Below, in pieces: positions 29,094-38,595 of a stretch of DNA of 64,000 bases. This DNA is from a virus, in IMG/VR virus record IMGVR_UViG_3300020119_000126, positions 26,157 to 90,156 of that record; one strand, written 5' to 3'. Numbering within the stretch: the first letter of the stretch is position 1; every line of letters begins with the position of its first letter. The notes beneath the pieces are model-generated. The model saw only the letters and a list, made by a program, of their open reading frames with translations. It made no database searches and was not told the origin of the DNA. Made by a program: the position numbers and the translations under genes.

Positions 29094-30503
29094 CTAGCCT
29101 TGCAGCATCGCGCCGACCTGACGGAAGGACGCGCTGAGGAATAGGGTTTCCAGAACGTTCGGGTTATAGTTGCAATAGCCCTGGTAGCTATCCCACGAAA
29201 AGCGCCAGATGCTGTCGAAGTCATCAATGGGACCAGGCGCGTGCAAACGCGGCGGGCGACCAACACCCATGACGATGCCATCTGACCCACCCACGAAAAT
29301 GCAGGAGTGGATGTGCAGACCCTTGGTCACATAAGCGTAAACACCAGCACCCAGGTTGGTGCTCATGTCTACCATGATCGGCTGGTCAAAGCTCAACCGC
29401 TTGTTGGTCGTGTCGATGTCCACGATACGACGATTGGTCAACTTACCATCGCGGAAGTCCACACCGTTCGACACGCCAAAATCGCTGGTGCGCTGAACAT
29501 GGATAGACACGATGTCATTGATGGCGAAGTTGGTCATGGTCGTACCACTGTCAAGCTGGACATAGTGCGTAGCACCAGGTTGTCCAACCTTCCAGGTTGA
29601 ATCGACCATCTTGGTCGGATCATTCGGGTCAGGTGAGCCGTCACCAGCCGCAATTGCTGCGGAGACACTGGCCTGCACCGTGATAGTGCCTGCATTGAAC
29701 AGAGTCGCCTTGGGTGTCTCGACGAAACGCACGTTACGATAGGTGCCGACTTCATAGTTCAACAGACGGCTCGGATCAGCATAGGCCATGGGGGTTAGCC
29801 AATCCTTGGGGTCTGTCTGCTGCTGAAGGTCGAAGATCACGCCGGGTGAGGTGATGCAGACGATGGTACCGACTGTACCATTCAGGTTCTGCGCATAGGG
29901 CACACCACGATACTTCATGCCCAGGTGAATTTCGTTCAACTGGCTGGTGGAGATTTTGTCGTCACTGGTCAAGCCAGCAAAGCTGCTTGCGCCAGAGGCG
30001 TAGAGTTTGAAAGGAACACTGAGCATAGCATTGCGGGCCAGCATGTCCTGCACGTCAATCATGTGCTGACCGAGCTTGTCCTGAACGATGCGGCGAATAG
30101 CCGACATATTGCCGCCCTGGTACTGCCAGTAGGTCACCAGTTCGTCGTAGACATGGTAGCTAACCTTGCCACCATAACGCTCGAACGTGATTTCCTGACC
30201 CTTGCTGTCGAAATGTGCTGAGGGCGCACTCATATCGCGCAGGCCAATGCGGTTGAAGTCGGGGTGAATGTCATACAGGCTGGTGACCGACATCGTCTTG
30301 GCGGCGCGGTTTGCCAGGTTCTGCTGGAATGAGATATACGGTGAGAAGACTGAGCGCCAGCGGTAAACATCACGCAAGACCGGATCGTAGAACATACGCT
30401 CCTTGGTCGTGATGCCTGCCCAGGGATGGTTGGCGTACAGACTCGTGTCGAATGTGGGAGAGAAGTCAGACCGTTGGTACGGTGAACCGATGATGTCAGC
30501 CAT
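29094..30503 (-). CDS. Major capsid protein (N4-gp56-like HK97 fold)
   Basis: 469 aa after the scaffold; 'YEVGTYRNVRFVETP' and 'ITFERYG' motifs; GAGGT SD. Confidence 0.8.
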   Translation of the reverse strand: MADIIGSPYQRSDFSPTFDTSLYANHPWAGITTKERMFYDPVLRDVYRWRSVFSPYISFQQNLANRAAKTMSVTSLYDIHPDFNRIGLRDMSAPSAHFDSKGQEITFERYGGKVSYHVYDELVTYWQYQGGNMSAIRRIVQDKLGQHMIDVQDMLARNAMLSVPFKLYASGASSFAGLTSDDKISTSQLNEIHLGMKYRGVPYAQNLNGTVGTIVCITSPGVIFDLQQQTDPKDWLTPMAYADPSRLLNYEVGTYRNVRFVETPKATLFNAGTITVQASVSAAIAAGDGSPDPNDPTKMVDSTWKVGQPGATHYVQLDSGTTMTNFAINDIVSIHVQRTSDFGVSNGVDFRDGKLTNRRIVDIDTTNKRLSFDQPIMVDMSTNLGAGVYAYVTKGLHIHSCIFVGGSDGIVMGVGRPPRLHAPGPIDDFDSIWRFSWDSYQGYCNYNPNVLETLFLSASFRQVGAMLQG

Positions 30504-30512
30504 TGTTACCTC

Positions 30513-31238
30513 TTAGAAGGTCTTACGGGAAGCCATCGCTGCATCCATTTCCCGTTCCAGCGTAATGTACTGCTGCTGGTACTTTGGATCGCGATAATCA
30601 AGCTTCTCCATGTCATCTTGAATTTCGTTCATCGAGCGTGCCCGATTATTGTCACGTGAGCCGAGGCTGACGGTTGGGGTAGCACCTGCCAGAAAGTTAC
30701 GACGCTGTGCAGCCAGGCCCTGTTCTTCGGTGTCAGTCTGTTGTGTCTGCTGCTGCGTGGTATCTGTCTTGGTCTCATCTTGCTTGGAAGGCGTAATCTT
30801 GTCGCTCAGGCGCTTCAGGTAGGCTTCGTAGTCTTCCGGCTTGTCGAAGTCGTCCGGTGCCCGGAGGTCTTCTGGCTCAAACACCTTAAAGACATCTTTG
30901 TACTTGTCTTTAACCACGGTTGAGGTCTTAAGCAGGCTGTGCTCACGTTCCCACTTGGTAGCTAACTTCTCGAACTTGTCTTTCTCGGAAGTCATGTCAT
31001 TCAGTTGCTTCTGAATGTCCTTGGTTCCTGTGCGAACCTTGCCTTCGGCTTCTTCAGCGCGAGAGACTGCATCGTCGTAGAGTTCTTGCAGTTTTTCCTG
31101 GTCTTTTTCCAGCTTGGTGTACTTTTTGGACAGGCCGCGATACTTGGCTTCGTAGTCCACTGATTTGACGCCGTCAGTGTCGCGCTTCACCGCTTCTGAA
31201 CGCGAGGCTGTAGTGTCAAGGTCAGATGTGTCAGGCAT
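30513..31238 (-). CDS. Capsid scaffolding protein
   Basis: Highly charged coiled-coil between portal and capsid; ATG 31238 has a GGGGG SD (the ORF track starts at TTG 31298). Confidence 0.7.
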   Translation of the reverse strand: MPDTSDLDTTASRSEAVKRDTDGVKSVDYEAKYRGLSKKYTKLEKDQEKLQELYDDAVSRAEEAEGKVRTGTKDIQKQLNDMTSEKDKFEKLATKWEREHSLLKTSTVVKDKYKDVFKVFEPEDLRAPDDFDKPEDYEAYLKRLSDKITPSKQDETKTDTTQQQTQQTDTEEQGLAAQRRNFLAGATPTVSLGSRDNNRARSMNEIQDDMEKLDYRDPKYQQQYITLEREMDAAMASRKTF

Positions 31239-31312
31239 GAGAGAACCCCCAAATAAAATAGTCGGATTTCTCCGACTATCGTCAACTATGCCCGACAAGT
31301 GAAACCTGACAC

Positions 31313-31510
31313 TTATATGGACTTCTGAACTTTCCTGATCAGTTCGATGTCAGCCAGGTTCAGCTTGACCTTTTCTTCCCAAAAGGCCAGTTCAACCTCA
31401 ACCCTGTCCTTGTCGATGTAGCGAATGAAGTAGCCCTGCGGGAAGGACTGCAAGTCTCCCCGCAATGCTTCCCGGCGTATCTTGACCGTGTCACCGTACT
31501 GAAAGGTCAT
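31313..31510 (-). CDS. Small KOW/SH3-like protein
   Basis: 'FQYGDTVKI...RVEVELAFW' resembles NusG C-terminal/KOW domains; TAATG overlap with the portal gene. Confidence 0.5.
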   Translation of the reverse strand: MTFQYGDTVKIRREALRGDLQSFPQGYFIRYIDKDRVEVELAFWEEKVKLNLADIELIRKVQKSI

Positions 31511-33147
31511 TACTGCTCACCGGGTTCCTTCATGATGGTCGAGATAGCCTGCGTTTTGGTGTGGACCTGGACTTTGCCCTGGGATGGAGCACTGGTCGTT
31601 TCCTTGGTTTCGCTTGAGCCTGCCAACTGCTGCAAGAACTGCAACCACTTCATGACATCTTCCTCAGTGCGCTGCGCGTCTTCGGTCAGGTTTAGCAGCT
31701 TATTGCCATCGCGGGGCGTAATCATCTGGCTCTGGATGCCAATCGCCACTTCATTCAGGTCAGCTTCACGATCACGCGGGATCATGGGTGACCAATCAAC
31801 TGCCCAATCGACTTCTTCCAGATGTTTCGTGGTGATGCCAGCAATACCCTTCTGTGCAGCCAACTGTGCTATAGCCTTGGCAATCAGGATCAGACCAGTG
31901 GTCCAGTATGTCCTGACTGCTCTAACCTTAGCCGTGAGGGGGTGCATACGGAAAGCCAGGGTCAAGGCTGAACGCTGGCTACCTTCGTCTTCGCCTTCAG
32001 CCACACCAGGGATAAACGTATCTCGACCAAACTGCTGGCGCAGGGTTTCGACATGGTTGACCATCGCCTCATTAAGTGGAGGTGGGTCAATAGCAAACAC
32101 GTCTGGTTCTTCACCACCTGGCGGTGTCTGACCCAAATTGATGGCTGGCCTGGTTCCACCAATGTCCATAGTCTTGGGAGCCGTATTAACATTACGGATA
32201 TAGGTGTCACGATGGCTCACTTCTTCAATCACGTCAGAAATGTCAGCCTGCCGAGCATTCATTTCCTTGGCAAGTTCAACCACGTCATCTAGCAGACTCA
32301 AGCCATAAAAGCTGCCAGCCCGTTCGCGAGGGATATAGAAGAAAGGCACCTTACCAAAGGGATTATCCATGTCATCAAACAGGAACTCGGTACTGCCAAT
32401 CTTATACTTCAGCGGCTTATCACCTAGCTTGATGGTGACCTTCTTTTCGGTCCAATGCTCGATGAACAAAGGATCAGCCGCGCCATCAGCAAGGTCATAG
32501 CCAAAACGAAGATGAGCTTCGCGACCTGACATTCGGTAAATAACCCAGGCTTCAAGCAAATACTCTGGTCGCCCAGTGTCCCATACAGGTAGAAAAAAAT
32601 CAGGAAGGATATGTTCCAGCCGGATGCCATATTCCAGCTTAAGGTCTTCAGGATTCCAGCCCAGGCGAAAGACGATACCGCCCAGGAACGACTGAAGTAG
32701 CCCGGCTTCTTGCTGTAAGGAGCGCCCATTATTATCAGTCCACACCCGGTTGATGAAGTCTTCAAGCTCATCGGCTCGTGTTCTGGCCGCATCATCCACC
32801 TTGTCTTTGCCTGGTTTATTGCGTGGCGTAATGCGGATAGGAGCCAGTGGACCTGGCGTATCATTGACCTCGCCAAATAGAACATAGCTATGCTCCATGC
32901 ACACTTTCTTCAGGTAGTTAATCTGAAGGGGATAACGCAGCGCCGGATTGCCATGATCATCCACGCCTTCAGGCATAGTCTCATTGAGCCATTGCCCAGT
33001 AAAGCCCCACCAATACTTCAGGTAGCGGTCTGCCTGATAGGACCAGCGGGCAAAGGGAAAGATAGCGGGGAACTCATCCTGGGTAAAAGGAACAGTTGTG
33101 CCCGTACCTATGCGGCGGTCTTCGATGTCTTGAAAATATGAAGGCAT
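31510..33147 (-). CDS. Portal protein (SPP1-like)
   Basis: 545 aa after the terminase; 'NPFGKVPF', 'GLSLL', 'SALTL' and 'WSPMIPRD' portal motifs. Confidence 0.85.
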   Translation of the reverse strand: MPSYFQDIEDRRIGTGTTVPFTQDEFPAIFPFARWSYQADRYLKYWWGFTGQWLNETMPEGVDDHGNPALRYPLQINYLKKVCMEHSYVLFGEVNDTPGPLAPIRITPRNKPGKDKVDDAARTRADELEDFINRVWTDNNGRSLQQEAGLLQSFLGGIVFRLGWNPEDLKLEYGIRLEHILPDFFLPVWDTGRPEYLLEAWVIYRMSGREAHLRFGYDLADGAADPLFIEHWTEKKVTIKLGDKPLKYKIGSTEFLFDDMDNPFGKVPFFYIPRERAGSFYGLSLLDDVVELAKEMNARQADISDVIEEVSHRDTYIRNVNTAPKTMDIGGTRPAINLGQTPPGGEEPDVFAIDPPPLNEAMVNHVETLRQQFGRDTFIPGVAEGEDEGSQRSALTLAFRMHPLTAKVRAVRTYWTTGLILIAKAIAQLAAQKGIAGITTKHLEEVDWAVDWSPMIPRDREADLNEVAIGIQSQMITPRDGNKLLNLTEDAQRTEEDVMKWLQFLQQLAGSSETKETTSAPSQGKVQVHTKTQAISTIMKEPGEQ

Positions 33148-33381
33148 TTAGAGTTCCTTTAACCAGAGTGTCTTGACCCATCCAATGAGGCCACCATACT
33201 CCACCAGGGAATAGGGGTCTTGGATTGGCAAGGTATAGATGTGATAAACGGTTTCACCTGCATCAGCGCAACCACCCCGGTAGCCTTTACAGCGCCGGGC
33301 AGTTTCAGATGGCCCCATACGTATTTGGACATTGACCAGCGTTTCGCGTGGTTCAAGTTCCATGATTCGCTTTAAGGTCAT
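33148..33381 (-). CDS. Hypothetical protein, 77 aa
   Basis: ORF abuts the portal start; SH3-like ending 'GWVKTLWL'. Confidence 0.5.
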   Translation of the reverse strand: MTLKRIMELEPRETLVNVQIRMGPSETARRCKGYRGGCADAGETVYHIYTLPIQDPYSLVEYGGLIGWVKTLWLKEL

Positions 33382-33537
33382 CGTCGTCTGCGCCTGATGA
33401 CCTGCTTGGTCCCTACAATCGGACTATCATAGAAGCCTTTGGCTATCCAGAAGCAGAGTCGAGCCAGTTTATGGTCCAGCATGAGCAATTGACCCCAACG
33501 GTTGAAGGTCAGGCCAATAATTCGGCATGCCGAAAAT

Positions 33538-35343
33538 CTAACGTCTGCGATGGCGTCTGAAATGTCGGTCTTTAAGCGGCCTATCTCGACGATCAGTGCG
33601 CGTAGTAGCAACCGGATACGTTCCATCATCATCCTGTGCGTCTTCCCAATAATATCTGCGCATGTAAAGTGCGCTCATACAGATTCCCATGACTAAATCT
33701 TGTCGAATCTTGGTATCCGGCAAAACATAGTTGGTCAGTTGGTTCGAGAGGTGCGATATATAGGGGAAAACCATCAATCGCTTGCCCATAAACATCTTGG
33801 CGGCGTTCAAAGCCAGGTATTTGCCATTTTGGGCCATGTTCAACCCCTCAGCATGGAGACTCATCATGGCAAACACCAACTCATCGAAGCCTTTTTGCAC
33901 CCCAGTGGCATCAAAAGCATTCCTACCCTGCGCCCGGTAGAGTTTGACGTACCTTTCATACTCGGTCAGGAAGGGCCAGTAGCTGCCATTGCCAAAAACC
34001 CAGTTAAAACCACGCAGATAGGCAGGTTTTTCGGGAAACTCGGTAATATCCCAGGCAAAAATGGCTGCCGAGTTACGGTCAGGTGGATTGCCTTGACCCG
34101 GATCAGCTATAACGATGTACTGCCGACCCGCTTTATGGTCTGGTGGCATCTCCCACTGGTAAACCCCGATTTTTTGGCTGGTTTTCTTGATGAAATAGTA
34201 TTCCGGCAGGTCTTCCAGCTTAATCGGCGTCTTCCCCCTGGTCCGTTCTATCACCTCACGTGCTTCTTTGACCGTGGCCTGCGCCTGATCCATGATATGG
34301 TCCAATCCATCATCTGTGCAATCCTTCACCATATCAGGTGGGAAGTGCTCACCGCGACCCATAGGTCGCTTGGCGGCCATCCACTGGTCAACATCAACGC
34401 CTTCACCACCCACGCGGCGCTTGAGGTTCGTGATGTCAGACTTGGTCAGGTAGATATTGTCCCAGGACGCGGGGTTGAAGGACTTATAGGTGTCCGGCTC
34501 CCACTCCGCCATGTCATAGCGCATCCATAACTGAGGGTTATCACCTGCATTGGCGACCAAATTGAGCTTTCCCAGTTTGGCACGACCCTGAATCTGGCCG
34601 CGCAAACGGCTGCCCAAGTCCCTAATCAGATCATCCAGTTCCATAATCTTCTCAGCCTGGTCCAAGAAGATGATGTCCCCTTCCAATGTCCTGACCTTTT
34701 CCGGGTCATGCTCGATGGATAGGATTTCGATAGTGCTCTCCCCTATATAGTCCGACTTCAGCACGAACTGTGGATAGGGCTTCTTGGGGAAGTTCCAGAC
34801 AAAGCGGTCAAACCAGGGCGTGCCAGAGAAGTTCATCATGATGTACTTATAGACTTCCATGGCCTGGATCATCTGCGGAGCCACAGCGAAGCCTCGGAAG
34901 TTAGGCGTGGTCATCGCCAATACCGCCAGGATGGTGGCAATGGCGGCTGTTTTACCTGACCCAAAGCCACCTACTACTGTCACTTCCGGCTGAGGACACA
35001 AAAACCAGTCCTTCTGCCAGGGTTGCCATAACCAACCATGCTTGTGCCAGAACAGTGGGTAGCCTTCCATGTCCCACTGCATGGTGTATTCGATGTCATC
35101 ATGGACAAACAGGCGTTCGGGCCGATCCGCCTCATTCCACTTCTGATAAAGAAAAGCCCAACCACGAGCCTTGTCCTCATCAAAGGGCTGCGGAGTACGC
35201 ATCCAGCGAGTGCCAGAAGTGGGCGCACGCATATAGTAGTCTGTAATATAGTTCGGGTCAGTCTTACCCCGTTCCATAATTTCATAGTCAGCCTGCGACA
35301 TGCGGTAAATCTGGCGCTGGGCGTTAACCGGGCGCTTGCTCAT
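33538..35343 (-). CDS. terL: Terminase large subunit
   Basis: Walker A GGFGSGKT; Walker B variant IFLDQA; RNase H-like nuclease motifs 'IADPG..DRNSA', 'FDATG' and 'QDLVMG'; start at ATG 35343 (ATGA overlap). Confidence 0.9.
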   Translation of the reverse strand: MSKRPVNAQRQIYRMSQADYEIMERGKTDPNYITDYYMRAPTSGTRWMRTPQPFDEDKARGWAFLYQKWNEADRPERLFVHDDIEYTMQWDMEGYPLFWHKHGWLWQPWQKDWFLCPQPEVTVVGGFGSGKTAAIATILAVLAMTTPNFRGFAVAPQMIQAMEVYKYIMMNFSGTPWFDRFVWNFPKKPYPQFVLKSDYIGESTIEILSIEHDPEKVRTLEGDIIFLDQAEKIMELDDLIRDLGSRLRGQIQGRAKLGKLNLVANAGDNPQLWMRYDMAEWEPDTYKSFNPASWDNIYLTKSDITNLKRRVGGEGVDVDQWMAAKRPMGRGEHFPPDMVKDCTDDGLDHIMDQAQATVKEAREVIERTRGKTPIKLEDLPEYYFIKKTSQKIGVYQWEMPPDHKAGRQYIVIADPGQGNPPDRNSAAIFAWDITEFPEKPAYLRGFNWVFGNGSYWPFLTEYERYVKLYRAQGRNAFDATGVQKGFDELVFAMMSLHAEGLNMAQNGKYLALNAAKMFMGKRLMVFPYISHLSNQLTNYVLPDTKIRQDLVMGICMSALYMRRYYWEDAQDDDGTYPVATTRTDRRDRPLKDRHFRRHRRR

Positions 35344-35552
35344 CGAACAATGCCACCCAATGAGGTCGCATTCCACAACGAATTGTCATCAGTGTCGAGC
35401 TTGATGAAGAAAATGGTGCTATCTGAGTCCAACTTCATCCACTGCGACCCGTTGGTCATATGGACTATGGCAGGCTTATCACCTTGCAGCCATGCCTGGA
35501 AGATAGCTAAATAGCCCTGGTCAGTCGGGCCGAGCTTGATTGGTTCAGTCAT
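35340..35552 (-). CDS. Hypothetical protein, 70 aa
   Basis: Translationally coupled to both neighbours. Confidence 0.55.
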   Translation of the reverse strand: MTEPIKLGPTDQGYLAIFQAWLQGDKPAIVHMTNGSQWMKLDSDSTIFFIKLDTDDNSLWNATSLGGIVR

Positions 35553-36009
35553 AGAGATATTCCACGTAATCCATTAGTGTCCAGCCCCGGTCTCCAAAGT
35601 TCGTCACCGGAATGCCAGCCTGACTGAGCAGGTCGAATTGACGATATATAGTCTGCCGCCTGACCCCACTGCTTTTGGCATACTTGGTCGGGGAGACTTC
35701 ATTACCTCGCACCAAATCCTGGTACAGACTGACCAGTCTTTGTGCTGCCGTCTTGTGTGTATTGCCGTAAGTCATGGACAGCAGGTCAAAGCTAACGTCC
35801 TGAAAACTACCAAAAGCCCACTCGCCGTGGTCGATATTGGCGATAGGGAAACCCATGCGCTTGAGCAGCGCGAGTTGGTAGTAAACTGATTGCCTCTTGA
35901 TGCCATGTTCTGCGGCGTATTGCGCTGGTGAGACTGGAAACCCTTGGGCCAGGTGTCTGTAAAGCATGACTAGCCGTTGGCTTCCGGTGTATTGAGGCTC
36001 GTCGTTCAC
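35545..36009 (-). CDS. Tandem winged helix-turn-helix DNA-binding protein
   Basis: Two repeats of QRLVxLYxxLxxG..SPxxYA..G..RQxxY.Q..LL...G.P. Confidence 0.75.
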   Translation of the reverse strand: MNDEPQYTGSQRLVMLYRHLAQGFPVSPAQYAAEHGIKRQSVYYQLALLKRMGFPIANIDHGEWAFGSFQDVSFDLLSMTYGNTHKTAAQRLVSLYQDLVRGNEVSPTKYAKSSGVRRQTIYRQFDLLSQAGIPVTNFGDRGWTLMDYVEYLYD

Positions 36010-36251
36010 GCCAGTTCTTCGTCATCCTCCTCATCATCATCAAAGTCAATGCCGTTGATGCGGGCCATCAGTTCGCCAGCCAGCTTCATGGCTATATAGT
36101 CATTCGGAAGCTCACTGCGAACTCCCAGGAAAACGCGGGCCATCGCTGACCCCATGTCGAAGTAAGGGTCGTTTTCATGATTGGATGGTTCGGGGTTCAT
36201 GTCGCGTAGAAACTCCCCCAGGTTGTAGTAGAAGCGTTGTGGTGGCAGCAT
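36006..36251 (-). CDS. Hypothetical protein with acidic C-terminus
   Basis: ATG 36251 with AGGGGA SD; last gene of the leftward arm. Confidence 0.6.
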   Translation of the reverse strand: MLPPQRFYYNLGEFLRDMNPEPSNHENDPYFDMGSAMARVFLGVRSELPNDYIAMKLAGELMARINGIDFDDDEEDDEELA

Positions 36252-36421
36252 CGGAATCCCCCTTACGAGTAGTGTTGAGCTTGGCTGACAAGCAGGACTT
36301 GACATCTCACGTGGGAACCCCCCGGAAAAATAGAGAAGCCTCACATGACCACCCCAAGAATTCAAATGGGTGTGGTCTGTTAGTTGGGCAATCTCGTAAG
36401 TGAACCTATAGGGGGGTCTAC

Positions 36422-36793
36422 ATGTTACGCACACTCACATCTGTGACAGTCTCTGCATCTGGTCATGTTTCAGCGTCTTCTGGTGAAGAAGACAATCGTC
36501 GTGTCCGTGTCTCGGCTGGCAATGGCTTGGACAACGTCTTCCTGGCTTGGGTCAAGGCCAAGGCTGAAGCTAAGGGTTTGAGCATCAAGGTCATTCCCAA
36601 TCGCAGCAACGGTCAGACGCTCTTGTTCATCGGCAAGGATGACAAGGACCGTGAAGCCCAGGCTGAATTGGTCATCGACTTCGGCACATTCCTCAGCAAT
36701 GCTCGTGACAGCGAGTACAACGGTACGTTGCAGAGGACGTATTGGCTTGGTGCTCCTCGCATCAGTGTCAATCTCGGTGCCTTTGGCGAGTAA
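36422..36793 (+). CDS. Hypothetical (pre-)early protein
   Basis: First rightward gene; G-run SD. Confidence 0.7.
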   Translation: MLRTLTSVTVSASGHVSASSGEEDNRRVRVSAGNGLDNVFLAWVKAKAEAKGLSIKVIPNRSNGQTLLFIGKDDKDREAQAELVIDFGTFLSNARDSEYNGTLQRTYWLGAPRISVNLGAFGE

Positions 36794-36869
36794 TCAACAT
36801 TGTCCCTCGCTCATTGAGTGGGGGACATCTCAATTCTTTCGCAATCATCTATATATAGGGGTAAACATC

Positions 36870-37067
36870 ATGTTCAAGAATTTTCTGATTGTTGCAGCTA
36901 ATGACTATGCCAAAGCAATGTCATCCTCAAATCCGAGCATTGCACAGCGTCAACTCATCACTGTCTACACGGCAGTGAATACCGCAGTGAAAGATGGGTC
37001 AGGCTCAATGAGCATGGCTGTGGCAAAGAAGTATGGTGAGTTCATTTCTCGTTACACCAGGGCTTAG
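36870..37067 (+). CDS. Hypothetical (pre-)early protein
   Basis: ATG 36870 after TATATAGGGG. Confidence 0.6.
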   Translation: MFKNFLIVAANDYAKAMSSSNPSIAQRQLITVYTAVNTAVKDGSGSMSMAVAKKYGEFISRYTRA

Positions 37068-37081
37068 GCTCTGGTTCTTTT
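37057..37081 (+). terminator. Intrinsic terminator
   Basis: CCAGGGC-ttag-GCTCTGG hairpin followed by TTCTTTT. Confidence 0.55.
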
Positions 37082-37279
37082 GGCAACTATCAGGCGTAAT
37101 TGAACGAGCGTTTGATTAGCAGGGTAATCCTCTTACCTCAAATTACAGGATTGGCACTACATTTAATCCTTTCATTAATGTGCAAATATATACTTTGCAT
37201 CATAGCAGCAGTTATCCACCCCCTTTAGCTGCTGCTATGTCCTTTATATATATAGGGGCTTATCCATATAGGGTTTATC

Positions 37280-37456
37280 ATGAACAGCCAGAATGATGCG
37301 CCGAGCATACAGTCTATTCGTTCTCTATCGTCAGAAGACAAGGCTAAGGTCTGTGTATCAGTCAAAGCCTTGATTGAGAAGCTTAAGTCTAATAAGGAGA
37401 AGGGTAATAATGAGTATCATGCGGTTACAGTCCACCAAGAACGGCATGACAGGTAA
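37280..37456 (+). CDS. Small hypothetical protein, 58 aa (below the ORF track cutoff)
   Basis: Read by eye: MNSQNDAPSIQS...; preceded by ATAGGGT. Confidence 0.45.
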   Translation: MNSQNDAPSIQSIRSLSSEDKAKVCVSVKALIEKLKSNKEKGNNEYHAVTVHQERHDR

Positions 37457-37784
37457 GGATAAGAACGGACACACCTGGGTAATGATGGGTGTTGTTAACC
37501 GTGACCTGAGTGCCCCTGAGAAACCGTTCTTTGCTACACTCAAGGCTTTTGGCAAGCAGGCAGATGCACTGCTGGCGGTTATCAAGCCTATCGTTGCTGA
37601 GGATGGCAAGTTCATCACCGCCAAGAGCTATCCGGTGAACATCAACACGGATAACGTGGTGGAAGCCATTGACCTGAATGGCGAAGCTCGTGTGAGCTAC
37701 ATCTGGTCAGAGGCCAAGGAAGAAGAAGTGGTCACAGAAGCTCCTGCACCAAGCAGTGAAGCGGCTGCACCCTTCAACGTCTAA
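37410..37784 (+). CDS. Hypothetical protein, possibly OB-fold/SSB-like
   Basis: AGGAG SD; beta-rich with an acidic tail ending 'APFNV'. Confidence 0.6.
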   Translation: MSIMRLQSTKNGMTGKDKNGHTWVMMGVVNRDLSAPEKPFFATLKAFGKQADALLAVIKPIVAEDGKFITAKSYPVNINTDNVVEAIDLNGEARVSYIWSEAKEEEVVTEAPAPSSEAAAPFNV

Positions 37785-37973
37785 CCTGGTTAATTGGCTA
37801 TATAAGCTCCTACACGTAAGTGTGGGAGCTATCCATATATAGTAGCGAGACCAGGGTCAGGTAAGCACGTAAAAGCGTGGGCTGGAAAGTTGAATATGCC
37901 GCTGGTATATCATCAAGTACAGATAGCCTGACAAGATATAACCTCGTTCGAGTAAAAATTCGGCAGGCCGAAT

Positions 37974-38222
37974 ATGGTAAATCTCATTGATACTGTCCAT
38001 CAAATGGAAGACACAAGCGCAGCTATCTTCCGGGCTGATGAAGTCTATCGGGTAGCCAAGCGCATTGTCTATATGGCTAATTGGGAGAAATCCCAACACA
38101 TGCCTGAAATGAATGATGTAACGCTGTACTATCACATCAAAGGCATGAGCGAAGACATTCAACTGAATGACGCCGAAGTCAACTGGCTGTCATTTTTGTA
38201 TTACTTGACCTTGTCCAATTAG
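37974..38222 (+). CDS. Hypothetical protein
   Basis: ORF track; a palindrome copy sits directly before the ATG. Confidence 0.6.
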   Translation: MVNLIDTVHQMEDTSAAIFRADEVYRVAKRIVYMANWEKSQHMPEMNDVTLYYHIKGMSEDIQLNDAEVNWLSFLYYLTLSN

Positions 38223-38541
38223 TTCCAGGGGATACCAACCATGAACGCAATTGTTTCGCAGGCCAGCAAGACCGATGCTCACAATGTCGATGACAGCCGT
38301 GAGCGCATGACCATCAAGCGCCAGATTCAGCCTGTGTATCGCAATGATTACGAACGCCGCATTGCCAATGGCAAGGCGCGGGAACAGCAGGCACGCTTCA
38401 AGAACGGGCGCTAACGCGCCTTAATGCTGGGTCAGCAGGAATATATGCCATGCTTTGAGTGAATGGTTACTACATAGAAGCTCTCCTCGTTGAGAGCTTC
38501 ACCCTTTTTTCAGAACTATCAGGCGCTCAAACTTATTAATA

Positions 38542-38570
38542 TTGCTTTTTAATAAGATGACGTTTATAAT
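38542..38570 (+). promoter_or_regulatory. Sigma70-type promoter TTGCTT-N17-TATAAT
   Basis: Consensus -10 element, 17-bp spacer, intergenic, upstream of 38596. Confidence 0.65.
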
Positions 38571-38595
38571 ATAAACATGATAGGGGGAAATAAGG

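Noticed and set aside
33378-33632. 84-aa ORF overlapping the terminase 3' end
   Set aside because: Most of it overlaps terL out of frame; at most a ~34-aa gene from ATG 33482 is plausible.
489-35514. Plus-strand ORFs in the late arm and minus-strand ORFs in the early arm
   Set aside because: They are antisense shadows of long genes, with no SD or recognisable motifs.
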